A program made the translations under genes and the position numbers. The notes under the pieces were generated by a model that worked only from the letters and a program-made list of their open reading frames with translations, was not told the origin of the DNA and did not search any database. Positions 26,560 to 41,420 of a stretch of 64,000 bases of DNA are shown one piece after another; position 1 is the stretch's first letter, and the number at the start of each line of letters is the position of its first letter. Source of the stretch: Eledone cirrhosa (Eukaryota); NCBI GenBank assembly GCA_964016885.1, contig OZ024742.1, positions 86,738,001-86,802,000 on the forward strand. Direction: 5' to 3'.

Positions 26560-27160
26560 ACTGCCCATGGGGGAATGGAGATTCTTATAAGCACCCGGGT
26601 GTCCGAATGTGTTACTACTGGATCACATTCGGTGGGAGAATTTGCCTGGTCAAACGTAGGCTGAAAGATACGTCCCTCTTTGTGGTGCAAGTTTATGCAC
26701 CAAAGAATGAGTCCGAATACAGTTTCTTCCTTGATTAAGTCACTACACCGTTAGAAGTAGTTAAGACTGAATCATAAATCCCGAAGGGAGACTGTAATGC
26801 ACTTGTATGCACTGACCACCTGATTTGGAAAGGAATGGTTGGAAGGATGGAAAATTTAGAGGCCTTATATAACTTCGGTTTTAATAATGGACTCTCTATT
26901 TTGAACACCTTCTGCCAACATAGAGACATCCATAAATATACATGCTGTAAAGGGCATCAAGGGCAGAGATCAATAATTAGGGGTAGAGATCAATAATTGA
27001 TTTTGTTATTGTCTCTGATCTCTTCGATTCTGCGCTGGATATTCATGTTAAGAGACGTTCTGTGCTGTCAACTGATCACCATCTAGTCATCTGCAACCCG
27101 AAACTACCTAAAGACAAAGAAGACAAATAAACTGCGAGGTCTAAGTTGGCCTACATGATG
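26560..27160 (+). mobile_element. Degenerate RTE-type LINE apurinic endonuclease fragment
   Basis: FVVQVYAP..EYSFFLD, GDCNA, GLSILNTFCQHRDIHKYT, RSIIDFVIVS, STDHHLV. Confidence 0.8.
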
Positions 27161-28969
27161 AAATGTGGAGCGTTGTTCAAATATGTATTCCTCAATTGAG
27201 TTTGTAGCCACCGTAACTAGACTTGTTGCTAGGTTACATTGGACAGAAGTTAAAGTTTTTCGGTTTATATCCTAACTGTTCAGGTATGTTAACCTGAATC
27301 CTCATATATATATATATATATCACCAATATAACTCGGCACTTAATTAGCTGTCTCGTAACATTTACAATGATCATAATTTAGGAATATCTATCATAAGTA
27401 TGTGCTCATGATTCTTTATAATCTTGTATATATTGGAACATACATAAAATATAATTTCGTCAAATGAATTAATACAACCACATCCCGTTCCGACACATTG
27501 AAACATGCATAATTTTATCTTCTGTATAAATGTAAATCTATGAAAATTATTAATGCGGTAAATACCTTCGTACTGTTACAGATGTTCACATCATGTTCAT
27601 TGCGTGTTGCTTTCCTATCTAACATACATACTGCACCTTTCCGTTATTAAGAATTTCGGTAAGGCAATGAGCATCAAATGTTAAGATTCGTTCAGAAACC
27701 TTGAATATACAGAGTACATGAACATTCATTTTCTTTTGTGTATTCTCAAAAAAGAAAAAAAAAAGAAACTTGGCTCATTTATGTCGCCGAGGGGATATCG
27801 TATGTAATAAGCAGATTATAATTCAATTATATTTTAAACCCCTCCTGACTAATTGGGTTGATGTTGCTCGTGGACTTCCTCAGCCTTATATCTGTGAGGA
27901 AAACATTAACAAGTAGGAAGTTCAGATAAGTGAAGTAGATACCGTTTTTTGGTGAAGGACAAGCAGAACAATTAAATTATAACGAAAACGAAAGTAATAA
28001 TATGAGTTTGAATTATGTTCACATATTCCTTGCTAAACTCTTTATTGCCTTTAAGGAATATTAATATATGTTAAGTTCTCAGTAAGGAATGTATAAATAT
28101 TTATTGAAAATGAATGTAGATTTTAATGAATGTAGATTTTAACTTTGGCATAGTTACTGCACGCAACTTTCTTTAGGTCTTTATAATTAGCTAACTCGCG
28201 TCAAATAAACATGTTTTTAAATTTTTTTTATTTGCTATTGATCCGTGATATCTACAAACTTTAAATTAACATCTGTTTACCAGGTCAAGGAAGTCTTGCA
28301 TATCGGTTTATAGGCAGCATGTGAAGTAGTAATTGCAAACACAGTGTCAAACATATTAAATAACTAAGAATGTGTTAATGTCTGCTAGAGGCATTTTATG
28401 TAAAAAATTAGGCTCATTTTAATTTGATACTATAGCTGGAATGCTATTTACACAATTTCGAAAAAATAATATTTGAATTTATGTTCTCTAAGTTTAATAC
28501 ACAATTATGATAATCATGGTAATTTATGAGATTAACACGCATCTATCACTATCATTGTTTGGAAAGCAGATAGCATAAAAAAAACACAGTTAGTATTTTC
28601 CGTGAATATATATATATATTTCAGTCTATGTTTGAAATAAACTTTGTAAGTATCTAAATTTATTATTCAAATTACCCTAGCAACTCTATCGTCATATAAT
28701 ATATAATTATATTAATTTGCTTAAGTTGATTAGCCTCATCTATCTTATTTATGAACTTCTTTTAATTAATTATTTCTTCTAATATTTTGCATTTACGTTT
28801 AATTGGTAACATTAACAAATTATAGATTGTTTTGATGTTTTGCCATTTTTAAATTTGCTTATAATTTACCAGTTTAATTCAAGGAAATACTTATATTATT
28901 TTGCTGTTTTTTGTATTTGTACTGTGCATAGTAAAGGTGTCTGTGCCAGTTTTTTCTAATCTTCTTTCA

Positions 28970-29110
28970 ACATGGACTTACTAATAGGCAGTGTCAATAC
29001 TCGTGGCCAGGGGTCGTCATGGAATCAAGGACACCTGATCGACGACGTCAAGCCAATGAACATAGATAGCCATCAAGGAGACCAGAATTTCCGAAGCACA
29101 AGCCTAATTT
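28970..29110 (+). mobile_element. L1/Tx1-like ORF2 endonuclease N-terminal remnant
   Basis: LIGSVNTRG...GHLIDDV...ID..AIKETR. Confidence 0.5.
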
Positions 29111-30477
29111 GATTGGTCTGCCCTACAAGCTCTTCGTACGCATGACAGTCCTGATCGGTGAATCTTAGCGGATGTCTACTGCAACTGTCAGCGAAACGGG
29201 AGAATCCCCAACTCTGACAGTCGATGAGTGATAGCGCTGCTCAAAAGGGAATCAAATAAGGGGACTACATACATGATTTTATGCCCATAACTATGTTGAA
29301 AAACATAGTTTTTTTTATTCATATTGAGTACACAATGTTTTTCAAAGTACTGCTTATTTGTCATTCATATACCCTTTTTTCTCAACATGATATGTATTCT
29401 ACATCTTTCCAATGTTTCTAATTTCATTTCCACTGTGTACAGCTGAGGATCCTTGATATTATCAGTCAGGTAGTAGTTAATCACTCGCCTCTGATTATAC
29501 AATCTTCAATCGTTTCAGATTCATATTCTACAACTGTGTATGTACTACCGATTTGCACTTGGTATTTATTGTAATGATTTATATTTATTCATCATTTCGG
29601 CTGCCTGACCCATTTTATACACATGTATTCATTCTAATAGGCCCTGCAACTTAGATACGCTGTCTAAGAATCTATAGAAAAGATCGTCTTGAATTCAATT
29701 TGAATTTAAGATGAATTAGCTCGTGTATTTATGAATTTTTCGATTTCCTTTCATCAATTAAAGCAAATACTAGTGAATTTCCTAGGATTTCTTGATATTT
29801 GTATTCAGAGGAAATGAAAGTCAACATTTAAAATAATTGAGTGTAATTTTATATTAAAATTTGTAACAATAATACAAATATAAAAAAAAAAATGTATTTG
29901 TAAATTTATTAGAAAATAAATATAAATAAAAGAAATTCGATGTATATAATCCCCCAACAGTTTAAATGTGATGAGAAGAAATTAGCATTTTAAATATGAA
30001 GGAATGAAAATGTCATTTAAGGTCAAGTTTATATACAAAAACAATTCAAATTATTTCTATGTGCATACTTCCACACAGCAATTGAAAGACATTTCTGGTA
30101 ATTTCAATTTTCTTTTCACAAAATTGAAACAACATTGGTAGTTATCGAAAACAACTTCCTTACTCCGATGGAAAATTGTATCGATTTTATATAATCTAAT
30201 AATTTTTCTACAAATGCTGACGATTTTAAATTTCCGGGCACGTAAACCATGCGAGGCGAGTGGATTAACCTTATTTTTGGATACTGTGTGACGCTGTCAT
30301 TTTCGGTATTAACAACATCAGTTTCATTCTTAAGATATACATTCAATAGACTGATGACATTTAAGGTCCGCAACACTGTCCCATATATATTTCAATAACT
30401 TTCTATGTTTTCAGCTACTTCAATCTTTTACACTACTACACAGCTACATATCGATTCAAACATCAACAGATTTGAAA

Positions 30478-32585
30478 TACGAGACTGGGCTGAAAAGTTC
30501 ATGAGCTGAATTTCCAGGACAGTTTTAGTGTTGCAAAATCTTGTATGAATTAATTTGAACTATACTTATTAATATCTGCATTGCTTCTATTCAAGTGAAC
30601 TGATATATAACTTATCAGGTATGGCCGCCTTGGCCTCCGGTCCCCGATCTCACTAGCTTAGCTGCCGCATCTTTCGTCGGTAACCTCGTGCCGCGTCCTC
30701 GTCAGCAGGGACCTTCAAAACACAACATAACCCTCTGTGTTCAGAGAAAGTGAGGTCGCCTGTGGGACGTGGGACCGGCTAGGACTTAGCGTAATAGACG
30801 TCCCTCCTCCTTCTACCCCTGTTGGCATCAAGTCACCACAATGCACTTGGGATGCCATCCAGTGCAACCTGGCTTCAGACAGGCTCACGCGCCAGCTCGA
30901 CCAGCACCGCCTTGTTTGTTTTCCTGCGGCACCAAACCCACAGTGGTGCCTGGCTCCATGCCCTGCCCTCCTTCTCCACTGGCACGCAGCTAGACAACCA
31001 TAGCCTCCGGATCTGCCAGCCACACCAATGTTGCTGCGGTTACACCGTGGACTCTTTCGGCCTCCACCCGCTTTCCTGTCGCCACAGTACAGGCCGCATT
31101 CCACGCCATGCTACCCTCGACGAGGTCATTAAGCATGGCTTGGGCGCTGCAGGCTTCCCTTCCTAGCTCGAGCCGGTGGGGCTGGATCGAGGGGACGGCA
31201 AAAGGCCAGATGGCATGATCATCTTCCCGTTCCCCGGTGGCAAACCCCTCGTCTGGGATGCCACTTGCACCGATACTTTCTGCAGCCGCAAACTGGTGCA
31301 TTCTGGTGAGGGGGCCAAACTCCTCAAATACCGGTCGCTCTCCGACAGGTTTGCGGTCGTACCCCTGGCAGTGGAGTCTTCCTGTGTCCTCGGCCCCAGG
31401 GCTATTCCTTACTCACCACATAGGCGCTGAGCTGGCCAGCCGCAGGTGTAAACTACGCCAGTTGGAGTGGCTCTTCTAGCGCGTCTCCCTCGCCGTCTCC
31501 CTGGGAAACGCCTTCTCCATCTGTCTGACGCGTCTGTGGATGTGCCTTATCGCGTACTGTTGTAGTTGTTGTAGAAGAAACAGGAAGACAACATCTAATC
31601 TTATATGTATTTCTCTTCAGTACTTATCAAAGTAGACTTCAAAAGTGACTGATAGCAATTTCCTTTGAAATAGACTCAATTTGCAGATACAAGTGGACAG
31701 TCGAATTTAGGAGAGGAAAGGGGAGATTTGAAGGTGAATCAAAGTCCGGATGTCATGTAACTGACTCCAGCGTGGTAAATATTGATTGATTTCATCACAT
31801 GGAGCCGGATAACTGGATATTGAATATCAATCAATTAACCAATGCTATTAGCATATTTCATGAGATATTTGAGAATATTCTGCACAATGGTATTGGCACC
31901 ACTAAGGTTTATACTCAGTGCGTGCCACGTTTCCTGACACTTGTTCAAAACAACACCAGGCGCATCACATATCCGGAAAATCTGCATCATTGGTTGGGAC
32001 ATATGAAGCTGGATTATTTCACCGTTTTCTAACCCAGGATGTCTGTTGGTTCATCATATTGAGCTGGAGAAAAAGAGACAACACATACATTAGAAAGACC
32101 CCTCCCCATCTGTTTCAAAGTCGGCAAAAGTCATTCATTCAGCAGGGGAGTGGATTGCCTCAGTGTTTTGGGAGGCAAAATGCATTGTGTATACAAATGG
32201 GCACATCATAAATGGAGAGTACTATGCCGAAATTTTGATGCGGTTACGAAAGGCTATCAAAACTGACAGAAACAGTTTTGTTTCTTTAGGGCAATGCTTC
32301 AGCACAGAGGTTCTTGCTTTCCATGTCTGTTGTTCGTAACTGTGGCGTTGAACTGGTTGATCGCCTTCCCTATGTTCTTCAATTGGCCAATTCTGACTAT
32401 GTCCTGTTACCAAACATGATGGGAACAAGCAACGCAGTGATGAATACGGTGATGAATATCAGATGGTGATGACTGTTTTTACCAACTGGATGTAACACTC
32501 TTCACGAAAGGGATACCAAAACTGTAACATCGATGTAATACATGTTTGAACCACATAGGGAACTATGTTAAAATATAAACCTTAT
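30478..32585 (+). mobile_element. Mariner transposon remnant interrupted by a CRE-like insertion
   Basis: TACGAG..GGCTGAAAAGTT TIR-like start; decayed transposase motifs KV...VPRFLT, FLTQDVCW, NGEYYAEIL.RLRKAIK, PY...LANSDY.L.P, GIPKL.HR..C....GNYV. Confidence 0.75.
30618..31621 (+). mobile_element. CRE-like (restriction-like endonuclease) non-LTR retrotransposon 3' fragment
   Basis: GAWLHALP, CCCGYTVDSFGLHPLSC....GRIPRH, EPVGLDRGDGKRPDG..PF..GKPLVWDATCTDT, VPLAVES; ACTTATCA direct repeat at 30610-30617 and 31622-31629. Confidence 0.8.
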
Positions 32586-33034
32586 TCGTGGGTATGTTTA
32601 GTCACTAAAACCACTCCCTTATCAGCTATACTTTCATCAAATCTACCAACGGTCACAGCTACCGTTACAACAAAGTCATTCAACCTACACATCTAATATG
32701 CTTGAGCTCCGTTGTTCAAGGAACCACTAAAACGACCTTGAGACGTAGTATTTAAACATACTGCAACTCTTTTATCGACGCGGATATCATCACTCACCTA
32801 GTTGAAGATGCTAATGTTAAAAAAACTACGTCCAAAACCATATATTTTCATATATTTCCTCTCACGTACCATTATCGAACATTAATTCTTGCTAAAATGC
32901 TCGTGATGCAATTTAATTTCCCTCAGATTAAATTGTTGCTGATTAGCAGATAGCTTCACCGAACAATCTCTTGACAATTTTTCGGAAACACTCCCCAGTT
33001 TTCCTCACATTCCATCTCCTTGACGTTCCACAAA

Positions 33035-33357
33035 TATTTGTTTCTACGATTGGCACAAGGTCAACACTTACTCAGTGCATTACTGGTACTTTATTTTATC
33101 GACCCCGTAAGGTAGAAAGGCAAAGTTAACCTCGGCAGGATTTGAACTCAGAATGACTTTCCACAAATAATTGTTTCTACTTTAGGCACAAGGCCAGAAC
33201 ATCACCAGTACATTACTGGTAATTTAATTTATCGACCCCGTAAGGATGAAAGGCAAAGTTAACCTCGGCGGGATTTGAACTCAGACTGTAAAGGGACGTA
33301 ACTATGCTAGAAAGAATGGGGTCCAACCCTCTTCCGATACTGACAATTCACCGCCCC
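33035..33357 (-). mobile_element. Partial plus full tRNA-SINE copies
   Basis: Same core; ttccacaaata repeated at the junctions (TSD-like). Confidence 0.85.
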
Positions 33358-34230
33358 TCGTTCCACAAATATGTTAAGTATTGGAGTCGAGCTGAATAAT
33401 TGTTGAAAGCGGTCCAAACTACGCTGTAAGCAACAATTTGTCTACAGTTTAAAACTAGGCATGTTATAACAATTGAAATCCACACTCTCAAGTCATTATC
33501 ACATTCCAACTTTACATATCAACACGTGGAATATCTGTATTACACGCACCATATATTTTGAAATAAGAATATTACAATAATGATTCTGCGAAAATATCCG
33601 GCAATGTACGTAACTCAGTTTATGTCGCGATACAATTTAATATACACCTGAAACGCCATATTAAAAGCAATTCTCGGGCATTTTTTGTTCTAATTTCTTG
33701 CAAGTTCTCATTCGCTTTATAACATCTAATGTGGTGCGTAACTAAAATATATATATTTAGATTTCTCTCAGGCCTCGGCGTTGGGAAAATATTTTCGATT
33801 TGTTAAATACTCCGTCGTCGATTTTAATGTTGTTCTTTATTCGTTATTTTCTTTCTTATTTGAAACAAGGTCATGCTCTGTTTGGTGAGCGCTACCACCA
33901 ACTCAGCTTGGATTCCTTGACTTCTTAGATTCGTTCAAATTATTGAAAGTCGTACAATCGAAATAGATATCAATCAACGACTAAGACGAATTTTACCTTT
34001 CATATGAAAATATATACGTAAACAATTCCAGGTGCAATTATATTATTTACACAGAAGTTGCTACATTGTCGTCGTTTTACGAAATCAATTACCTGATATT
34101 GTTATAATTATCTAACAATATGCTGAACAATAATGCCGAATTCTCGTCTGCTTCACACGGCTCTCCACTTTGAAAGTGAAATTAATATCAATAAAACGTC
34201 CTTCCTATAAGACGTGCACACACACACACG

Positions 34231-34300
<70 letters not shown>

Positions 34301-34977
34301 CGTGTGTGTGCGTGTGCGTGTGTGTGTGTGTGTGTCTGTGTGTATGTATGTGTGTGTCTGTGTGTGTAAATATATAAATATATAGCAATATATATATATG
34401 TTTACGTAGTATATATTAAATGGTATACGGGATGTTTAAAACCTTTGCAAGGCGTTTCTCTATGAATATTAAGGTTGAGACGAACGTCACATAGCTAGCT
34501 TAAGCAAAAGCAGGATGAAGTAATCGAAGATGCCACCGTTTCTCTTCATAAGTCCTTATCAACATTACATAACATCCCGCTTTAGTTTAAGCTTAGTTTA
34601 GCATCAGAAAAATCGTGGGGATATGTCGAAGTTAGAATTTATACCTTTCCTCCTTGCCTTTTCGTCAGAGTGCGTGCACTTTTGGTGCAATTGGCTGATG
34701 GCAGTGCCTATTTGATTCGAAGAAGGCAGAACATTGGATATAATTAATGAGGGATCAGTCAGGTGTACTGCCCTAACCACAACTTCAACCTAAAGCGATA
34801 AATGTGGAATATGTAACTGCAATGTAAGTGAAAGTACAGACGCTATGCAGTCTTTTCATAATCTAGAAGCAAAATATAAACATAAATACCTATGTGTAAC
34901 TGAAATCGAACAGTGTAATACGGAAAAACCTCCGATGGATAGGAGAAAATGCGGATTTTATGTATATATATATATAG

Positions 34978-35089
34978 GTAACGAAGGAGTTGTGATAAGG
35001 AACCAGATTACTCAATACTTAGGGTAGTAGAGTGGGTAATAGGACATTGTATGACCCCGATGGCAGAGCTCAAGCCGTTCGACGGCTAT

Positions 35090-35095
<6 letters not shown>
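34978..35095 (-). mobile_element. PLE family A pLTR 3' fragment containing the 3' half of the HHR
   Basis: Matches 330-460 (ctcaatacttagggtagtagagtggg...gagctcaagccg). Confidence 0.75.
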
Positions 35096-35152
<57 letters not shown>

Positions 35153-35155
<3 letters not shown>

Positions 35156-35933
35156 GCAGCAGTACCCAGCGTGGCCTGGGTAGGTAAAATAATATCTGCT
35201 TTGATGAACAGGTGTTGATCTTAGCGACTGCTTCTCGATAACACATCTATGGCCACACACAGACCATGCGGGGAGGGTTCTGATGACCTATATCATTGAA
35301 AAACGCAGGTGACTGACGAAAGGGCATGCTGGGAGTGGGAGCTTCGAATTTGAAGGAAATCGGTTGAAAAATGTCGGAGCTAGAGCCGTAAACGCGGAAA
35401 TTTGACCGAAAAGGTGGTATTTTCGAATATTTAAGCGGCTGCCACACTGTTCCTGAACAACAAATCCAAAATGTGAAGCCAGTTTAAGACGTGAAAGAAT
35501 CAGATCTAGCGTAGTGTAAAATGTGAACGTTGATTAATGTGGGTGCTAGAGTAAAAAAAGTGGAAGTTTGAGTCTAAAAGTGGTATTTTTTGAATATTTA
35601 AGCGGCTGCCGCGCCATCCATGAACAACAAATTTAAAATATAAAGTCATTACAGGATGTATAATAATAAATTCAATTTTGCTTTAAAATTTGAACGAAAT
35701 CGGTGGCAAAATGTGTGAGCTAGAGCCCAAAATCATATTTATAGATACCTAAAAAAAGGTGACCCCCCTCCCCCTATTGATTTTTATCAGCAGAATAACT
35801 CCGGAATAAAAATAAAACGATACGCTGATATATAGAAAACACTCCCCGATCTATGAGCCTGTAAATATTCATGAAAATCGGTCGTAAGATGTAGGCCCCT
35901 ATAGGTAATACACAGGCACACACACTTAATTTC

Positions 35934-35935
<2 letters not shown>
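35153..35935 (-). mobile_element. Non-autonomous Helitron-like element
   Basis: Reverse-complement 3' end acccaggccacgctgggt hairpin followed by ctat; 5' region tgtgtgtgcctgt..ccgattttcatgaa; internal imperfect tandem repeat. Confidence 0.6.
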
Positions 35936-36010
<75 letters not shown>

Positions 36011-36199
36011 TATTTATAGATATATATATTTATATAAATATATATAAATATATATACACACACACACACATACACACACACACACATATATATATACATA
36101 TATATATATGTATATATATATAGGTATTTATATATATATATATATATATAGGTATTTATATATATATATATATATATATACATATATATATACACATAT

Positions 36200-36286
<87 letters not shown>

Positions 36287-36614
36287 ATATATGAATAAGA
36301 ATGTCTGTACGCATGAGAAATCAATGCCTTCTTGAAACGTACAATCATATATAAATCGATACAAGAAACAAATTGCTTTGCTTACAGATGTGAAGGAATT
36401 TGAATAGTTGCTGAGAGGAAATGCTAAAGTAGAATTTTTCAAGTATAACAAGCAACATTCACTGAAGTAACATAATTCTAGTATAATCTAACACGTCATC
36501 AGGATGCAGATGTTCCTTTTATCGTGAATTATGGAGAGGGGGAGAGAGAAGACAGAGATAATGAAAGATACATACCTAGTTATACATATATACATCCACC
36601 CATATGTATATATA

Positions 36615-36668
<54 letters not shown>

Positions 36669-36959
36669 ATGTATTTATATATTGATGTATTTGTTTTGCT
36701 GGTGTTTCATATTAAATCGTATCCTAAAAATATATTGTTATGTGTGAGAGGGTAGTGTTGTTCTGATTTTGTCAAGAATTATAAAAACCTTCACAGTTTG
36801 GTTTGGTTTATTATTTTTATTTCTATAAATAATTTTGCTGGCTATCAATGTCTAACATTGGTTGACCAACAGGTAAATATGTAAATCAAAGTTCTCTAGT
36901 CATATACAACTGTGACATCTTGTGTTTGATTCCGTTGTGATCCTATAACCTTATAGGAA

Positions 36960-37500
36960 CCAATAGTTCTAGATTTGCAGCACTCAGCAAATCGGGTAAT
37001 GCGATCGGTGGAAACTCTACTTGCGCGTTCTATAAAATGGTTAGTGGCAGGTGTGAGCGATGACGTCCTTCGGGAGACACTGGGCGTCTAAGAAAATCAA
37101 CTTCCGAATTTCTTCGGGACAACTTTTGAGCCCTGACACTTGAACAAATTCCAGAAATCATTCACAAGGCAGTTGCACCGGAGAGATTTGCCAGTCCATG
37201 ACATACTCTGCGGGCATAGAAATGCCGTCAGCCCGAACTGTCTGAGATGCGCACGGGGCACGAAACAGTCCTGTACGCACCCTTCGAGTGTACGAGCATT
37301 ACTGACTTGTTGTTTTATAATTGAGCAACTGCTGCCACGAGTAAGATGGATGTGCTAATCAGCTGAGTACATAGATAAGATTGCAGCGCCGCCTTCCTTT
37401 AGTCGGGAAGTTTAGGCGGTTTTCATAGGCATGGTGGACATATTGAAAGTGTCCTTGTGGTGGACACCTTTGAAAGGGCTGAAGACGGTCAACCCGAGGC
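36960..37500 (+). mobile_element. L1/Tx1-like LINE C-terminal (zf-RVT) remnant
   Basis: LPVHDILCGH...SPNCLRC......H. Confidence 0.55.
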
Positions 37501-37932
37501 CTTATGTATCACTAGATCTTTCGCTAGTAACTGTTCACAATGATGTTAAGTGCTTTCCATTTGGTAGCATTATTCCTTTACCCCTCACCAATTTTTCTTC
37601 TCATGATCAATACAATGTAAACATTGTAAAATATTTATTTTCATCAGAGAAATGTCTATCACTTTCAAATAAGCTGTCCAAATTATTCAGATTATTAACA
37701 AATATATTACAGGGTTTTCATAAAGTGCGCAGTAATTACTTAATTTGTTTTCTAACCTAGGTGATACTTGAACTCAGATCACCAAGAGCTAGAAGAAGTG
37801 CAACAAACTATTGTGCCCGATGCACTATTAATAATGATATAATAATAACGATTAAGATAATCTAGAAAATAATTAGATTAAAATTACAGAAACGGAGTCG
37901 TGTTTATATGAATATATATATGTATATATATA

Positions 37933-39675
37933 CTAGCAGATTTACCCGGCGTTGCTCGGGGTTTGAAATGATGCTAAGAATATACAGCTAGGAAGTAAAA
38001 GAAGAACATTATTTGTCTCCAACCTGTCAAAAAAAGCAGAAGTCTTCAATAATTAATGCAAACGAATATTTAGTGCAATCTTTATACACTGAACAGGATG
38101 TAGTTATACAAATGATTAAAGACAATACACGTTGCAAATCTGTAAAAAAAACAGGCAGTTTTGCTAAAGTACACAAAGTTGTAATAAAAGCAGATGTGTG
38201 TACAAACAAAAAAACAATGAGAGCAGAATAAGAGAAAATCTATTCTTTGAGAGCATCATTTGCTGTGCATGGTTACATTTTTAACTTATAATCCAAAATA
38301 TCCTGCATGACATATTCATTGGTTTGTTTTGTAATGAATAAGGTGAAGTCAAGGCAGAGCTGTAATAAGTTTTTTTTTTGTTAACACTAAAGCAATTCAG
38401 GATAGACGATATTCTTTGTTTTCCTTTTCGGAACAAACGGAATGATATTATCTCGACTGCCAACACGTGAGCAGGCAACGTAGAATTGTCCGTGCGAAAA
38501 GCAAGGTTCATCCAAGTGAATTCCAGCAACGGACAGAGTTTAATCTTGCGACGTGTTTATAGACATCGCAAAGGCAACACCAAGGGGAAATTGGGTTCGG
38601 CGAAAGGAGGGGGAGTATCCACGCCTGATGTAGTCAGGGATAATTTTTGTTATTATCACATCCTCGCCTTTTCCACGTGCGGATAGAATGGTAGCGTCAA
38701 TACTAAGTGGAGACAGTTTTTTAACCACAAAGCGTGTACCATTGCATAGTTTTGGAGGAGTGATATTTCTCAGCAAACTAACTGGTGTTCCCTCTTTCAG
38801 AACCAATATATTAGGAGGTAAACCAGGAGGATTTAAAGAATTTAGAAATTCAACTGGATAATTGACCGCATCCTGTGGATCACATACAGTATCAATAGTT
38901 TTATATATCCGTGGACATCCAGGAAGAGCTGAAGAAGCTGATCGTGAATACAGCTAACCGTGATATGTTTTGGTGCAAGAATGGCTCTTTCGCATAGCCA
39001 ATCAAGATTCGTATAGTTATCATGCAAGTGTGGGAATACCTTGAGATCATCGACAGTTTCAACTACATTGCAGATGTGATCAATTGCTATGTGTCCATCT
39101 GTATCCGGAGGTAGGTTACGATCTCCTATTGTAAGAATGTCTCCAGAAAAGGTTGATGACAGAGGGTCCCCATGCAACCTTGCACGCATGTTGGTAGTTA
39201 GTCTTAATGATGTCACCTGTCGCCACAATGGTGAAGACGTAAGACATGCATTAGCCGCATCTGCTCTTGTTCCTTTCGGTATTATAGGAAGAGTCTGTCT
39301 GCAGTCTCCTGATAGCAGAAGGGTGACAACCCTCATAAAATCCCTGCAATCCTGTATGTCTTGCAAAGACCTTTCTAGTGCCTCATGAGCACCTTTGTGC
39401 GCCATTGTGCACTCATCCCAAACAATAAGGTGCCACCTTCGCAGCAGATGAGCCCTTTCAGAGTCTTTGGTGATATGACAAGTAGGAGTTTCCAATTTTG
39501 CCAAATCAAGGGGCAATTTAAAAACTGAATGTGCCGTCATTCCACTAGGGAGCAACGTTGCTGCCTTTCATAATTTTGTACTGTCTCTGCAGATCTTGCT
39601 GCAGCGGTATCTGTAGCATCCACAGCAGGGCCTGTTTCACGTTGCTCTGCATTCTCTGCAGCAGTTGCTTTAGCA
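37933..39675 (-). mobile_element. Helitron 3' part with frameshifted Pif1-family helicase
   Basis: LPSGMTAHSVFKLP, LIVWDECTM, GDCRQTLP, LTTNMR, RAILAP, LLRNI.PPKLCNGTR, RTQFPL..AFAMSIN.SQ; 3' terminus cccgagcaacgccggg hairpin plus CTAG at 37933-37960. Confidence 0.92.
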
Positions 39676-39974
39676 TTATTGGTTCGCCGCACTAACCGAC
39701 GCTCAGCGGCGGAAAAGAAGTTGCAATAACTGGACTCACAACATTTAGTGATTGTCTATTTTCGGCTATCTGCGAAGCCTCATTTACACGCAATGTTTTC
39801 TTCGATCGATAGCCAATATGTGCATACTTTCTTTTAAAGGGCACATTTGTAATTGTGCTTAACACTGACTTATTAAAACAATATAGACAATTCACTATCC
39901 AGACAGCTTCCAAAAGTAATGGTTGTATGTTAAAAGGGTACGTCAAAGCTATTTGTAAAACTGTTATATATTGT

Positions 39975-40037
39975 ATTTTGTCTGATGAAGGCATACCATA
40001 ATTTAATATGGTATCCCTGAAATAGGTATAATGAAAT
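39975..40037 (+). ncRNA. Type I hammerhead family H
   Basis: attttgt-CTGATGA-agg c ataccata..tatggtat c cct-GAAA-ta gg ta-TA-atgaaat, then AATAAA; adjacent minus-strand GIY-YIG C-terminal remnant (LRVNEASQI..SLN). Confidence 0.8.
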
Positions 40038-40122
40038 AAATATGGTTTTATAAATATAGTTTCCATTTATTAATATCGTATATATATATATATATGTATG
40101 TATATATATGTATATATGCATA

Positions 40123-40261
<139 letters not shown>

Positions 40262-40344
40262 GTATATATATATATATAGAACTGTGTATTGAACTGTGTA
40301 TATATATACATATATATTTATAATTATTGATATATATGTATATA

Positions 40345-40449
<105 letters not shown>

Positions 40450-40733
40450 TAAATCATGTCTTTAGAATCATCAGATATTGAAATATATACTATTTCTTCT
40501 TCTAATTAGCATAATTAACCATATACAGAATCAATCCTACCAACCTATAAGTATAAATTCTCTTATGGGGAAATCTCCGACAAATAATCGATCGTAGCCT
40601 CTTCGCGGCGGCCCCGTTTCATTATTTATCCAACATTTCGACAGCATGTAGAATCCGACTAAATATACCATCAACCACTCACAATTAGTAGTAAAATTAA
40701 ACCTAGAAGAAATGCGCACATACCGTAATTATA

Positions 40734-40807
40734 TCTCTACCATGGTTACTTCCTTATTTAGGACATCCAAATAATAGGAATGCCCAGAGTTAGGTTTCAT
40801 CAGGAGA
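40734..40807 (-). ncRNA. Hammerhead family I, decayed copy (GAAA to GUAA)
   Basis: Homologous to 41421-41494. Confidence 0.65.
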
Positions 40808-41420
40808 CAAACTCAAAATCAGACATCTAGTTTTTCTATCCGATCCCGCCAAATTTAGATTAAAAAATGGCTAAAAATCACTATGTAGCTGTGTTCCAGC
40901 CAGAGAGAAAGAGTGTGATTGGTTGCTTACGGCGGGTAGGCTTGCTGCTAGAAAGCGCAGCCATATATCGCCAAATTTAATCTCAACCAATTGGGAGATT
41001 ATTAAATATAGAGGTTATCACATACATAAAATTAAATTAAATTAAATCAAAGATATATATATGGGTGGCAACTGTTCACTTTTAAGCTCTATGAAGAATT
41101 AATAAATTAAAATAAAAAAATCAGAGCATTATATCATAAATCATGTCTTTAGAATCATCAGATATTAAAATATATACTATTTCTTCTTCTAATTAGCATA
41201 ATTAACCATATACAAAATCAATCCTAGCAAGCTATAAGAATAAATTCTCTTATGGGGAAATCTCCGACAAAGAATCGATCGTAGCCTCTTCGCAGCGGCC
41301 CCGTTTCATTATTTATCCAACATTTCGACAGCATGTAGAATCCGACTAAATATACCATCAACCACACACAATTAGTAGTAAAATTAAACTTAGGAGAAAT
41401 GCGCACGTACCGTAATTATA

